64,000 bases of DNA, taken from NCBI RefSeq assembly GCF_009914755.1, contig NC_060929.1, one strand, 5' to 3'. Source of the stretch: the human T2T-CHM13v2.0 reference genome, Homo sapiens. Within the stretch, counting starts at the first letter, position 1. Each line of letters starts with the position of its first letter. Made by a program: the position numbers and the translations under genes. Positions 18,561 through 32,894 of this stretch are shown here, one piece after another. Under the pieces are notes generated by a model. It worked only from the letters and a program-made list of their open reading frames with translations. It made no database searches and was not told where the DNA came from.

Positions 18561-20634
18561 ACAAAAGTTACAGTAAACTATTAGGATCCTTAGTAGTACT
18601 GCTTAAACTTTTCATTCATTGGTGTCTTTGGGATCTCATTAAAACTAAACATCTTTTCCTGCAGAAAAATGCCTATGTGACCATGTCATGCAAGATGTTG
18701 CTTGCTATTTCAGATGGGTTCATGAATCCCTAGAGCCCAACCAGTAACACAGAAACTAGAAATCTTTCTGAAGGAAAAGATGCTTTTTAAAGTATCCCGT
18801 ATTGTATCTAAGTCCCACAATTTTAGGTTTTTCTTTTCCTTCCAATGGCCTTTTTTCCCCCGAAGTAATTTTGTTTGTGAAGAATTCCTCCTATGCAGGT
18901 ATTTGTTATCCTTATTATAGAAGGACGAAGGAGGGAGCAGGCCTTCAGTTCTTGCTTTCAGATTTTAGAAAAGAGAGGGGTTTGAAAGAAAACTCAGAAA
19001 AAAAAAAGAAAGAGAAAATTACCACAGTCCTAATGTTCAACTTTTATTGAACACTTTGCCCTTGAAGATAGAAGGAATTGTCATATTTCAAGACTAATAA
19101 TTCTTATAAAAATGTATCATGTTCTGTAGCTATAGAATAAGATCAAAGTTAATGATAGGATGAGATAGTATCCTAAAAGTGAGTATTAACAAAAGACAAG
19201 ATTAAAGATATGAATTTAAAAATATATAATATCAATTTCATACATGTACATAGAGAAATATCTAGAAAGTTGTATACTAACCAGTTGTATACTTACCAGG
19301 ATACTAAAAGTGATCCTTTTTAAAGAGTTTAGGAGGAAGAATCAAAGAGACTTCTATTTCCTTCATTCTCACTTAGTTATATATGCCTTGTGCAATGAAA
19401 AAACTGTTTAATAAAAGTGAAAATGTTTAAAGTATGAGAGTAAAGATTTCTGATACAAACAAAATGACAATTTGGCCCAGAATTTCTCTTCTCCTGGAAA
19501 CTGTATTGAGTAACAAGGACTATGGAAACAACTTTTTGGTAAAACTTGGGTACCAAGAACACTATATCAACTTATTGTTATTATTGCTGTCCCAAATAGC
19601 AGAGATTAGGCAGAGCCCCAAAGGAAGATGTTCTGGAAGCATCAGGGAACAGCCCAGCAAGGGATGAAGGAGCCCAAACTCACAGCACATCCCAAAAAGC
19701 ATAAACATACATGAGCTGAAAATGAGAGGGATCCACTAAGAAGTGAAAAACGAAACAGAAGACTGCTGTGAGATGAAACAGAGCTACGATCATGCTATCA
19801 GGTTCAGAGAAGAAAAGAGAGCCTGCCGAGCACAGAGATATCATATTGAAGCAAAACGTCTCTAAGACAGCAAAAAAAAAAAAAAAAAAAAGAAGAAGAA
19901 CCATTACAAAGCCTGGAATTTTATCTTGCCCTATTTCCTACTCCTAACAAAAACATCCTTTAAATAAGTGGTCTAGGAAAATGTAACCCAATCAATTACG
20001 TATAACATAATTAGTACAATGTGGTTTTAAAAACATTTTTACAGAACTAAAACTTAGAAATAGGTTTAAAAAAACACTCGTTAAAAAGATATTGCCATAG
20101 AGTAGATAAAATTCATAATCACAAAAGTATCGTGACTTTTTAAAGTAATAAAAAATTACCTCCATAAAGCAAGACTACAAAATAAAAATATAAGAACACA
20201 GAGAAGACTAAGCACCCAAGGGAGTATAAAATATCACTGATAGAACTTAGGAAATAAATACAAGAAAAAAATTAAAGAAATGAATTTTTCTAAATGGAAG
20301 GAGCAAAGGGGGAAATGGAAAAAACGCAAAAAGAAATATTAAAGATAGAAATGCAATAAGCTAACAAGATAGAAATTTTTTAAAAAATTAAAGACTTGTA
20401 CAGAAAATAATGGTTATAAAAGACAAAATGTATCTAATTCATCTAGAAATCAAGGATATTCAATGTACACATAATTGGAATCTCCAAAGGTGGGAATGTA
20501 AAACAGAGCAAGTATTCTGAAACCATCAGCAAATAAACTTTCCTGAAATAAACAAAGATTTGTATCTACACATTCAAAAGGCACATTTTGTATTAGGGAA
20601 ACCAAAATAGAACAATCAACACTGAGACATAACC

Positions 20635-20940
<306 letters not shown>

Positions 20941-20949
20941 AACATAATC

Positions 20950-21052
20950 TTTTTAACTCTGACATATGAAGTACCATAAGAGGGTACTTAGCCTATTATT
21001 AATAAAGATATCTATTCGTTTGCTACTCCATCTGAGCACTTTTCTAATAAAG
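20950..21052. repeat. Dispersed direct duplication, copy A (partner 22212-22314)
   Basis: 103 bp ungapped, 9 mismatches by eye, 48-bp exact core. Confidence 0.95.
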
Positions 21053-22211
21053 TTATGGGAATTTTAAGATAAAGAAGTAATATTCTGCACAGCTAGGCAA
21101 AAAGATCACATCATTTACAGTAAGAATTTGGTTTCATTTTGTTTTAGGTGTGAACATGTTTTTATAACCTCTTAAAAATAATAAAAATTGAGAGGAGAAG
21201 GTAGAAGATAGAAAACAGGTGAGGACAAGGGAATGTTATTTAATATTGACCAAGTGGTGGAAGGGTTAGCACTACAAAGGCGACAACAAAAATGATAAGA
21301 CTAAATTTGGAGGAAGGAGAGTACACAGAGAAGGAAAAGAACATCAACTAATCGTATCATGGATGATGGTAAGGAACAAAGAGGATGGGTGTTACTAAAT
21401 AAAGGGAGCCTTGTACAAGGGAGGCTTTGGATGAAGAAGCCTTTGTATGGGGTAATTACACTTTTATATAACACAAGCAAGTTGTGCAAAATATTTGCAC
21501 AAAAATATAAACCTTCTCAAATATCACAAGAATTACAATGTCAAAATTAGCAAAAAGATAACATAGTACAAAATAATATGACAGAACAGAGACAAACATA
21601 TATTTTAGAGCCATAAATAAAATGAGCTAAATTTGAGTATTCAAAAAAAGTTTCTAAGAAACTTATCTCTACCCTTCCTAAAAGAGACACACCCAAAACA
21701 AATGATTCAGAAAGCTTGGGATGAAAAGGTTGGGCAAAGGTATTCAGGCAAATACAAAATACTTGCATATATATACAAAAGATCTAGGCTTGCCTCCATT
21801 GACATAGAAATATATGAGTATACGAGATGGCAATACAAGGCAATTGTTTTACATCAAGAGCTATCTTAAGCCTGCTTACCGTTCCTGGTCCCATCAGTGA
21901 CTCCCAGTCCCTAGAGACTAAGCAGGAGAAAAGCAGGGAAGGTGGAAGGAAGCCTTTCTGTTACTCTGGGCATTAACTAATCACAAGTCCCTCACCAAAC
22001 TCATTTCTCGCTAAACACGTAAGGAATATAAACTGCTCTTTTCAAAGCAGCAGCTCACAGTGCAGAGGAGTCCACTACTTGCTCCTAACTGCCCATCACA
22101 ACGCATTCTTAAAATGATAAGACTTTCTCCATTACTTCAAAATAAGACATCTGCTAAAAGAACGTTAGATAGACAGCTTCACAATTGATATATTTAACTC
22201 CAAGATGTCTA

Positions 22212-22314
22212 TTTTTAACTCTGAGATATTAAGTACCATAAGAGGGTACTTAGCCTATTATTAATAAAGATATCTATTTATTTTCTACTCCATTTGGGCA
22301 CTTTTCTCATTAAG
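22212..22314. repeat. Dispersed direct duplication, copy B (partner 20950-21052)
   Basis: TTTTTAACTCTGAGATATTAAGTACCATAAGAGGGTACTTAGCC... matches copy A. Confidence 0.95.
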
Positions 22315-22639
22315 CCTGTAAGAATATGCATATAATGTTATGCTAGAATAAAATATTAATCGCTAATAGCCAAAGACAAATTTTGTATAAATCAAAGCCA
22401 TTACCATCACGGTAAAAGATTATATAACTAATAAACATTCTCCCTTTATTTAATATATATTAAATTAATTGAATAGAAATAAATTAAATAGAGGTAGCAA
22501 TACCAAAAGAGATAGAGATAATTTGGAGACACATCATGCCATATATTGTTGGTGAAAAAAAAGTCAGTTTATTTTTAAAGCGATTCATGTCTTTCATTTT
22601 AAAAAACCATAGTTCATAATTATATTAATTAACAATATT

Positions 22640-23710
22640 TCCTCCCCCCCAGACTACTTTTTTCCACTTCCCATTCATCATAAATCTCTGCTGCTAACAG
22701 TTTGAAATACTTTGCTTTCCAGGTTTTTCTCTCCAAATATAAATATACTGCACAAACACACGTACACATCTACACACAAACATACACATATATAAACATG
22801 TATTCATTGTTTTTTGTCTCTACAGAAATAAGATTGTACTCTTATAACCCTATACATAGTATCTAGCGAATTCACTTGTTAACAATATGTGATGGCCACT
22901 GTATCGTGTAAATACATGAAGACTTATTTCATCCTTTTCAAGGCAGTATACTGTGGCCCTGCTGTTACTAGAACACACTGATGGACATTTAGGTAGTTTT
23001 CAGTGATTTAAAATGATGCAATGAGCATTTTTGTACAGTGTCTTTGTGCAATTGAGGGTGAAGGGCTATAGACTATTTCCGAAAAGGAAATTATTATGTG
23101 CATTTACATTTTTGACAAATAGTGCCAAATTTGTCTCTAGTAAATTTCTCACCAACGGTGCAGGAATTTGCACCCACACACTCACCAACATTTAACCTTT
23201 GTCATACTGATAGATGAAAAAATAATCTGTTGTCCTTTTAATTCACTAAATGACCATCTTTTCATATTTTTCTCAGTCATCACAGTTTCTTTTCTGTTAA
23301 CAGTTGTCTATACCCTTTGCTCATCTTTTCTGTGAGGTTGCTGGCTCAATGCTTTTTACAAATAATTTGAGTATAAAAATTGGCCGTTTGCCTGAGGTAT
23401 ATTTTGCAAATATTTTCCCGTTTCCTGTTTGCTATTTGACTTTATTTATGATGTTATTCCCCAAGTGCAACTTAAAATTTTTAAAATGTAATCAAATTAT
23501 CCATCGTTTCCTATGTGGCTTCTGAATTTCATGCTATGCACAGAAGCACTGCTCCAATTCCAAGAATAGAAATAAATTCATCCACATTTTCTTCTAGTAG
23601 TGTGATACTTGCACTAAAAGTTTGATCCATCTGGAATTTATTTTGTTGTAAGGCATTATATAGGATTCCAGGCTAATTTTTTTCCATATGGCTAACCAAT
23701 GTGTCAAGGT
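22640..23710 (-). mobile_element. Old L1M (L1MC/ME-like) relic
   Basis: TGATGGACATTTAGGTAGTTT, ATAGTGCCAAATT, TTTTGCAAATATTTTCCC, TTTGATCCATCTGGAATTTATTTTTG, TTTTTTCCATATGG..AACCAAT motifs. Confidence 0.7.
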
Positions 23711-23814
23711 ATATTTAGGGCACTAACATCTCACATTTGCTGGTCAAGTAATGTTTTATTACAAATACAGATAAAATTACCTTTATGTTTTCATGTATTA
23801 ATTTTACTTATTAG

Positions 23815-24001
23815 TTTTATTTGCTTGTTCGTTTGTTCATTTGTTTTCTTAGACAGGGTCTCTCACTCTATTGCCCAGGCTGGAACGCAGTGGTGTGAAC
23901 ACGACTCACTGCAGCCAGCCTCCACCTCTTGGGCTAAAGTGATCCTCCCACCTCAGCTTCCTGAGTAGCTGGGACGACAAGCGTGTGCCACCATGCCTGG
24001 C
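23815..24001 (-). mobile_element. Alu monomer/half (AluJ/FRAM-like)
   Basis: AGACAGGGTCTC..CCAGGCTGGAACGCAGTGG..TGCCACCATGCCTGGC; single arm. Confidence 0.85.
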
Positions 24002-24234
24002 AGAAACATTAACAGTACACTCTTGTTGTTTCATAAGTTTTATGATTTTTTTAAGAAACATATTCTGCAACTTACAAATAAATAAAATGCAATTGCTAGT
24101 TCTGTGTTACAGGAACATGAAAAAGGAATATTCCCTTAATTTCTTTTCAACAACAGACTCCAAAAAAAAGAAAAAAATGAAAACAATTATACTGCACAAA
24201 AACATTTTTAATTGACTCTTTTAGTAGATCTTAA

Positions 24235-24909
<675 letters not shown>

Positions 24910-26114
24910 TAAGGACTAACTGAAACAGGACATCCTGGGGGAAAAGCCAATTTTATTGTAAAAATTGAACAATCAGTTAAAAAGCAACCGTGTCCCTTGA
25001 TCTTAAAGGTGCTAATTTATCTCCTCCTGTCTTGCAAACTTCTGCCATTAAACTTCCTTCCAGAGCTGGCTGGATCTGTTCTCTAGGCTGACCCATGGCT
25101 GCTCTTGCCCAGTCCCTTCTTTCACCCTGGGGTGGCTGCCTTATCCCACACTGTCTTCTCACCTTGGTATCATTGCAAAATCGAAATGACTGGTAGGCAA
25201 ACAAGTGAAATTAATACCCATTATCCTTTCCCCCGCCAACCACCCATAACTCACATTCTCAGCAGCTTTTATAAAATACCACTCTACAAAGAAGCAGCTG
25301 GCACCATCTTCTATAATTTTTCTTACCTCCTGCCTTTCCTAAAATCTTCCATGCATGTGATAACGAATCATCTAAACAAGCAGCTCCTTCATTCTCTTTA
25401 AAGTAAAAATGAAGTTCTTACAAGAGTTTACAAGATCGTAATGAATGTGTCACCTTCCCCACCCAAGCACACACACAACTCTTGGGCTTCATGCAATGAC
25501 CATTTGCTGAATTGAGAATATTCAATTCTGTTAGAGAAGGCAAAGAAATAAATGAAATTGATGCAAATCGTTAGATGTGTTAAGCATAATTAAATTATTT
25601 ACCTGGGAGATACCTTAGAGGGATAAAGTAAGTAGAGCATATATGTGTGAACCTAGTTAGGAAGGAAAGGAAGAACCAAGTAAATACTAAATATTCATGA
25701 TACCCCAAATATACATGAGAAACATGAAGCACTAAATATTTATTGTATCCTAAATATTAAATGAGGTCACGAAGCACTCACTATCCGTGAAGTCTTATCT
25801 CAGCCACTCAGTGACAACCATGCAGGGCCTCAGCTGCCCCCTACCCTGGAGATGCAAATAAAGCCCTTAACTGCTCATCAGGCTAATGCTACAGCCCTTG
25901 GCCAGGCTCTCCAATAGAGCAGACATGTGCTCACTCCAGGCACCTTCCGTCTTCTTCGTCCTCTACTTGGGCCCTCATAACCACATTACCAGAAGGAAAG
26001 CCTGAGGCAGCACAAAGACCGACAAGATATACAATCATTGTGTAACCCTATCAGGTCCTGTGGCCCTTCCATTTGCTTGTACTCCCCAGCCTAGGTGCAT
26101 TAACTTACCGCATT

Positions 26115-26467
<353 letters not shown>

Positions 26468-26804
26468 TAGTTTAAATGCTTCAGCAAACTCTGATCTGTG
26501 CATTTTAAATCTGTGAGCTGCCTGTCCCACAATTACAGGATAGCATGCCTGGCTGTGTAGCTGAAGGTTACTGTTGCCTCAAGGTTGTGTCCACACGACA
26601 CCTCATCTGCCATTCTGCCCCTCACCTGTATTCCAACCACAATGTTTCCCATGCTTTCCCTTAAACACTTCAGACACATTCTCACCTCAGGACCTTTGCA
26701 CCTGCTCTTCCCTCTGCCTGAAACATTTCCTGAGACATCTGCATGACTTGCTCCTTTAGTGCCTTCAGATGTCTCTTCCCTGAACCTCCTACAGAAAATT
26801 ATGT

Positions 26805-27470
26805 CATTTTCCCAACAACAATTTCCAATTCTCTAACACCAACTGGGTGTCCTACAACCCAGTTCAATTCGGACATTACTTGGAGTGAGTGCAGATCCAC
26901 AGAGTTAAGGATTCAGTCCCACAAGACTTCCTTCACTTCAGGTGCCAGCCACAAACGGGGTCCCCAGACTACCTGCATTTCTGCCCAGCCAACTGCAAAT
27001 TTGAGGCTTCTCATGATCCCCTTGTGGTTCAATAATTTGCAAAAGTGACTCACAGAACTCAGGAAAGAGTTATAATCTCAGTTTTATTATGAAGAATACA
27101 ACACAGAACAGCCAAATAGAAGAGATGTGTAAGACAAGGTATGGAGACAGGGGTGGCACAGAGCCTCCATGCCCTCCCCAGGCATGCCACCACCCAGCAC
27201 ATGGGTTCAGCAGCCCCGTTCACCAGCTCCCTAAACCTTGTTTTTGAAGAGTTTTTATTGAAGGGTCATTATATAGCCATGGCTGATTAAATCACCAGCC
27301 ATTGGTGACAGGACTCAATCTCCAGTCCTTCTTCCCTGCAAAAGTTCCAACCCTCTAATCACGAGGTTGGTTCCTCTGATGACCGGCCCCTTCCTGAAAC
27401 TACCTAAGGGCCCGCCAAAAGTAACCTCATTAGCGTAAAGTCAGGTAAGGTACAAAAGGGTTCATTATGA
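26805..27470 (-). mobile_element. ERVL-type LTR (MER21-like)
   Basis: ACACCAACTGGGTGTCCTACAA..TTCAATTC, TCAGTCCCACAAGACT, TGATTAAATCA..GCCATTGGTGA, AAAGTTCCAACCCTCTAATCAC motifs. Confidence 0.7.
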
Positions 27471-27567
27471 AAAATAAAACCTTCTAGAGGTTGTGGGTGA
27501 GGCAAATTCTCAAAGAAAGGAGGCAGATCAATGGCATCTCTACTGTATCCTGACATGACATTTGCTC

Positions 27568-27800
27568 ACTCATTCATCTGACAATACTTAAGTGCCTGTT
27601 TTAGGCGAAACACTGTTCTGGATGCTGGAGACAGAATAGTAGGAAAAAATGATTAGGTCCCTGCTCTTATGGAGTTTATATTCTAATGGCAGGAGAGGCC
27701 ATAATCAGATACACGAACAAATATTTAACATGTCATTTGATGGTAAACAAAATGGAAAAAGTAAAGTACGACAAAAGAGGAAGCACTCAGGGAAAAGGGG
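27568..27800 (-). mobile_element. L2 3' end
   Basis: CACTCATTCATC..AATACTTAAGTGCCT..CACTGTTCTGGATGCTGGAGACA..GTCCCTGCTCTTATGGAGTTTATATTCTA. Confidence 0.75.
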
Positions 27801-27829
27801 GACATTTCTATTTTGTGGTATAAAAAATA

Positions 27830-28183
27830 AGTGTATATATATATATACTTGTATACACTATATATACACTATATAGTATATACATACATATATACACTAT
27901 ATAGTGTATATACATACATATATACACTATACATATATACATATATGTATATATGTGTGTATATATACATATATGTATATATGTGTGTGTATATATACAT
28001 ATATGTATATATGTGTGTATATATACATATATGTATATATGTGTGTATATATACATACATATGTATATATATACACATATATGTATATGTAGACTATATA
28101 TACATATATATGCACATATATATGTATATGTAGTCCCTCTAGCTGACCCGAAAAGACCACTTGTTCACATGTATATATGTATA
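27830..28183. repeat. Complex (TA)/(TATG)/(TACA) microsatellite
   Basis: ~350 bp of mostly alternating purine-pyrimidine; perfect 24-bp palindrome at 27889-27912. Confidence 0.97.
28132..28168. repeat. 37-bp duplication, copy A (partner 29384-29420), inside the microsatellite
   Basis: AGTCCCTCTAGCTGACCCGAAAAGACCACTTGTTCAC vs AGTCCCTCTAGCTGACCCGGGAAGGCCACTTGCTCAC. Confidence 0.93.
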
Positions 28184-29383
28184 TGGTCTTTGCCACCCCA
28201 CAATTGCTGGCACAGAGCTCCTAAAACCCTTGGAATCACAGGAGTGTTGACAGTCCTATATAATTCCATACGCCTCTCCCAAATCCGGCCCAGCCACATT
28301 TGGTTATTCCTTGGATGGAAATCCACTGCACTTGGCACAGGAATTTGGAGTGCAAACTGAAAGGCTAGGTCAGTTAAATGATGGTGAGAAACGAGCCCTC
28401 GTGAGCTCCATAGCAATTTCAGGCCACGTTCAATTACAAGAATAGGGAAGTCACAAAGAGGTAGAAACGGTCTGTCTGCAGAAGCGGGAGAACGGGACAG
28501 AGACACCAAGAGAAGAAGGGGTAAGAGATTATGTGATATTTGAGCGAGATTTAGGGATTTTCTAGACACCAACAACCACTATGACCTGCCAATTCCCTTC
28601 CTATCCTTGGATAGTGAGACGGATTCTTATACGCTTTCAATAAACCTTCTTTGTAACTAAGCTGGTTTGCGTGAACTTCTGCTCCTAGTCATAAATATTC
28701 CTTCGACAAAGGGCTTAGATGAAAGTGGTGTGGGGAGTCAAAAGAAGCCAAAAATAGGAGCCAGCTTAGCAACTGTTCCCGCCCCACACTGCCCAGCCTC
28801 CACTCCCTCAGCAAGTTCATTCTATCCTGTGGCCCCTGGGCCTGGCCACTTCCATCCTTTCTCTTGAGAATCTGCAATTAGAACTGGAAGATGACAGAGA
28901 GTATTGCCAGTCAGGCGAGGTCATGTGTTTGGAGAATCAGAGAGAGCCAGTGTGCAGAGAGAGGAATGAGGCAGAGGAGGAGTAACAGCGACAAAACAAA
29001 CCACGATGTGTGTGAGAGAGAAGCTTCCATGGTGCCTAGACCTCCCAGGTCCCACCAGTGCCAGCCCCTAGGAAGCTTGGACACACTTGCCACCCTTGCT
29101 CCTGTAAGAACCCCTCTGTTCTTACATCTGTCTACTTTGCTTACATTTGCTTGAATAGATTTCTGTGATTTACGCCTTAAACATCCTTGACCAAGGCACA
29201 GTGGCCCTGGAAAGCAGGAGGTACACAGGGGAGCCCTGCTAAGCATTCAGAGGGAGGCTTCCAGGCCTGCGGAGTTGCTGACATCGAGTGGGACAAGATT
29301 AGAGATTCTCAGCCTCCCAGGAGGATATCGCATTCATGTTAGGTGCCAATTCATCAATTTCCACCACTGGACGATGACAAGGG

Positions 29384-29420
29384 AGTCCCTCTAGCTGACC
29401 CGGGAAGGCCACTTGCTCAC
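29384..29420. repeat. 37-bp duplication, copy B (partner 28132-28168)
   Basis: 19-bp exact match, then 4 mismatches over 37 bp in total. Confidence 0.93.
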
Positions 29421-30887
29421 CCACCACACCCTGAGCACACCTCATCCACTGGAGTCAGTCAGAGGAATGTCCCTGGGCCCCATAGGCTTCCAGAAGCTAC
29501 ATTGCCACAGTGTGAGGACTGTCAAGCTGGAAGCCATTTAGAGGCTGGCTGCTCACAGGCACCGGGCGAGCTCGGCGCTGGCTCTCTCTGCTTCTGACTC
29601 CTCAGCTCCCTGCCAGTGCCTGACAGGGGTGGAGTGACTCACCGCATATCCCTACCTCTGAGCACATCTGTGGCTCCCCAGTGTCCCGTGATGGCCCAGC
29701 CCACAGCACCGCAGGGTCAGAGGCTTCCTCGGCTGTCTGCTGGGGCCTCTCCATGAGTCATCCCTGCTTCAGCCCTCAGCAGCCCTCAGCAGAGGGAACG
29801 GTCTGGTCACCAAGCTGTTGTCACAAAATCCACCTTTTATGGTCTGCCTCCCAGTATCTTATCACTGAGGGGATGGTGGGGGCTGGGGATGGCAGACACA
29901 CGGGCACCTGGGGGTTTCTGAGGCTGAGCACAGCAGGCTCCCAGGTTTATGAGCTTTCGAGGCAGAGTCTCACAGTGAGTGCTTGTCTTCATGGCAGACC
30001 TTCTTGGCCAGCACTAGGTCTGCAGAGTTCAGCTTTGCTCAGCTTTACGGAGACATCTATGTGCTCATCCAGAGGTGGGAGGGGGTGCCCCACTCTGTCT
30101 ATAAGTGGGAGAGGGCAGGGCCTGGGCACCCTATCCCCAGGACACAGGACCTGGGCACCCAGTACCTAGGCCCCTCACAGGTACTCAGGAAATACTTCCT
30201 GAATGAATTCTGTCTCATGACCTGCTCACCCACTTTCAAAATTCCTTCTTTTGAAGGAATTAACCCTACCCCAAGGGTTTGCAGTCACTAGATCTGCTGG
30301 GTGGGTCACTCGCCCACCACTCACCCAATCAGGGACAAATTCAGGTTGGTAGAGGGGCAGGAAAATGAGGCCAGTCCTTTTTCTTCTTCCCTACCAGACA
30401 CATTCTGCTCTGCTGAGAGTGGAGAGAGGGCCAAAGGCAGAGAGGATTATGCCCCCACCCAGCTGGAAGTTCTAGGGGTTGCCCACCCATTCTTTCCCTT
30501 CCAGCAAGAGTGAGATGGCTTTCTGAGACTTGGTCAACGCCCTTTCCTAACGTTGATAACTCTAAGTCAGAGACCCCAAGCTAAAGCCTGGTTTCTCTTT
30601 CTCCTGAAGGAATCTCCCTTGTTCCTGATATGGTGAGATTCTCCCTCTGCCAGTGGGCTAATTTGTTCTTTCTCTTTCCAATTTTGGTATACCAGGGCTC
30701 AACGCTTGCCCTTCCTAACATTCCAGTCCCTTCACCCCTCCACCCACCCCTCCTAATTATGTCTAAATTCTAGTAAAAATGGTCCTGAGTTCCTCTTTTC
30801 TGTCCAGAGTGCAGAACTTGCTTTGGGGGAGAAGGTAGGTCCCTGTTCTTTCTTATAGGCTGTAAGTTCTGGGGAACCTCTGAAGAG

Positions 30888-30891
<4 letters not shown>

Positions 30892-30944
<53 letters not shown>

Positions 30945-30961
30945 CATGTGTGCGTGTGTGC
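30892..30961. repeat. (TG)24 microsatellite with an extended alternating R/Y tract
   Basis: Pure TG 30893-30940; alternation continues to 30961. Confidence 0.98.
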
Positions 30962-32894
30962 TAGGGAATGGTGGAAGAGAGTGGCACCTTTCCTCCTACC
31001 CATAGAGTCTTACTCAGCTGTGTCATGGAAGAGAGAGAAAAGAAAGACGGTAGGTTTCTGAATCTCTTCATGTTCCTTCGGAACAGTGCGTTCAGTGCAG
31101 CCCTGTGCCCGCTATCCTAATTCTACCCAATCACCAGATTCTCTAAGGAAAAATCAGTTACAGCGGAGGGTCTCTGTGAGTTCTGCTGGAGTGTAAACAA
31201 CTGTCTGCCTCCCACCAGCACCCATCCCAGACTCACACCTCAGGAGAACCCAGAGGACACTAAGAGATTCTACCACGTTTCACTGGCCTCAAAGAAAGTT
31301 TCATGCCTCAGACAAAACATTCATCCCCCCCTTCGTTCTCCCCAACAGAATCCTAGTTCTAAGCCATGAGCCACTCCTCCCATGCATGACTCAGGGGCAG
31401 ATTCTCATCCTTCTTAGCCTGAGGAACTCATGGCAATCCCATTCTCTTCCTGTAATGTTTCAGGAGTCACCATGTGGCCTGGTTCTGGCCAAGGATATGG
31501 GAGAGATGCCTGCCAGAGGCATCTGAGGAAGGTTTCTTCCCTCCTAAGAGACACAGGAAGACACAGTTCTCTCCCCTGGACACTGATGTCTCCAGAGAGA
31601 GATCTGGAACTCATGTGGCCATAACACAGGGGACAAGCCCAAGGAAGACTGAGCAAAGAGTATCACAGAGAAGCAGAGTCAGCAGCATGCGGGATGATGT
31701 CTGGAGATTACCCTGCTCTTGGCTCAGCATTGGGGAGAGAACACATTTCCTTGCAGTTGATGGCAGTTTCAGTCATGGTTTCTGTTACAGGCAGCTGAAA
31801 ACATCCAGCTGTACAGCAGCCTTGCTAGAAACAGTCTCCCTCTCCATGGTTATTACGCTGAAAGGTCATCCCTACTAGGCTAGGGATTCCACCCCACTTC
31901 CCCCACCCTGGAAAATTCCGATCTGGTCTAGGTTGGGTGGCTGGACTACCTTCTCTGGAGAGTGGTGAGGAAGATGGAACTACTTTCTCTTTCAGACCTA
32001 TAGTTCAGTGACCTCCAGTGATTAAATGGGGCCAGGATGTCTTGATTCAGTGGCCCCTGCCACCCTTATTAGGAAGAATTTTTCAATCAATTTCTGTATT
32101 TTGCCCCAACACATACTATTTAGAGCAAAGTCCTCTGAGAAGCCAAGAAAAATCTAGGCATTCATTTTTTGAGGCTCTCACCATATCGAAATAAAGAAGC
32201 AATTTCAATATAACATTGCAGAAATTATAATTTAAATGTTTACATCTTGCAAGTAAGTATGTTTCACATATTCCCTTGTCCCTCAGTACACACAAAATAC
32301 ACTGGAGAAGGATCTGGTTAGGGGAGGGTATTTAAAGAGTTAAAGCTGAGGTTTGAGCATCCTTCTTTCTAATATTTTCAAAAATCCCCTGAGACAGTGA
32401 GAATGACATCATTTGTAGATAATTGAAAGTACAAATTTGGGGCCCTTTGTCAGAACGTTGGAATGACCCTTTGTAGGAGCCCATGATAGTCTCTGCCAGA
32501 ATCACAAAAGCATCAGCCTTCCCACCAGCCTCTGACACCCAAGCACCAGTTCCCGTGAAGCCCAACTCTTGTATTCTGAGCTTCTAGTCATCAGATACAT
32601 ATGGTAGAGTATTGAAAGAGGCAAGGGCTGCCATGACAATGAGAAAACAAAAAAAAAGGTAACCTTTTCAGCAACCTCTGCCAGCAATGCACTGAAGAGC
32701 CGCTAGGCTCTCAGGATCCTGGGCCTGGAATGTGGAGTTTAACAAGGGCTTGATGCCTGGCTCCAGCACAGGCTGCACAGAGGCTTTGTCTCATAGCAGC
32801 CTGGAGAGACACACCATTATTTTCCCCTCTGAAATAATAAGCACTTTAGCAAAGGAAAATCTTGTCAATTCCCTAGGGAGTGTATTATCCCTTC

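Larger units (their letters stand above)
27814..28245 (+). mobile_element. MER21-like LTR 5' end split by a microsatellite
   Basis: TGTGGTAT..[TA-rich]..ATATGGTCTTTG..CTGGCACAGAGCTCCTAAAACCCTTGGAATC resembles the MER21 5' terminus. Confidence 0.55.

Noticed and set aside
19268-19308. 15-bp tandem duplication AGTTGTATACT(A/T)ACC
   Set aside because: Ordinary slippage duplication in an old AT-rich relic; only two copies
20950-22314. Hairpin-containing direct repeats read as CRISPR-like or LTR pair
   Set aside because: Eukaryotic context, only two copies, no regular spacers, no TG..CA termini, PBS/PPT or coding interior
27808-28360. Tyr/Ile/His/Cys-rich ORFs in many frames
   Set aside because: Artefact of the stop-poor TA/TATG microsatellite
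29681-30291. 162-aa and 102-aa plus-strand ORFs
   Set aside because: Non-ATG starts, no recognisable domain, expected in GC-richer sequence
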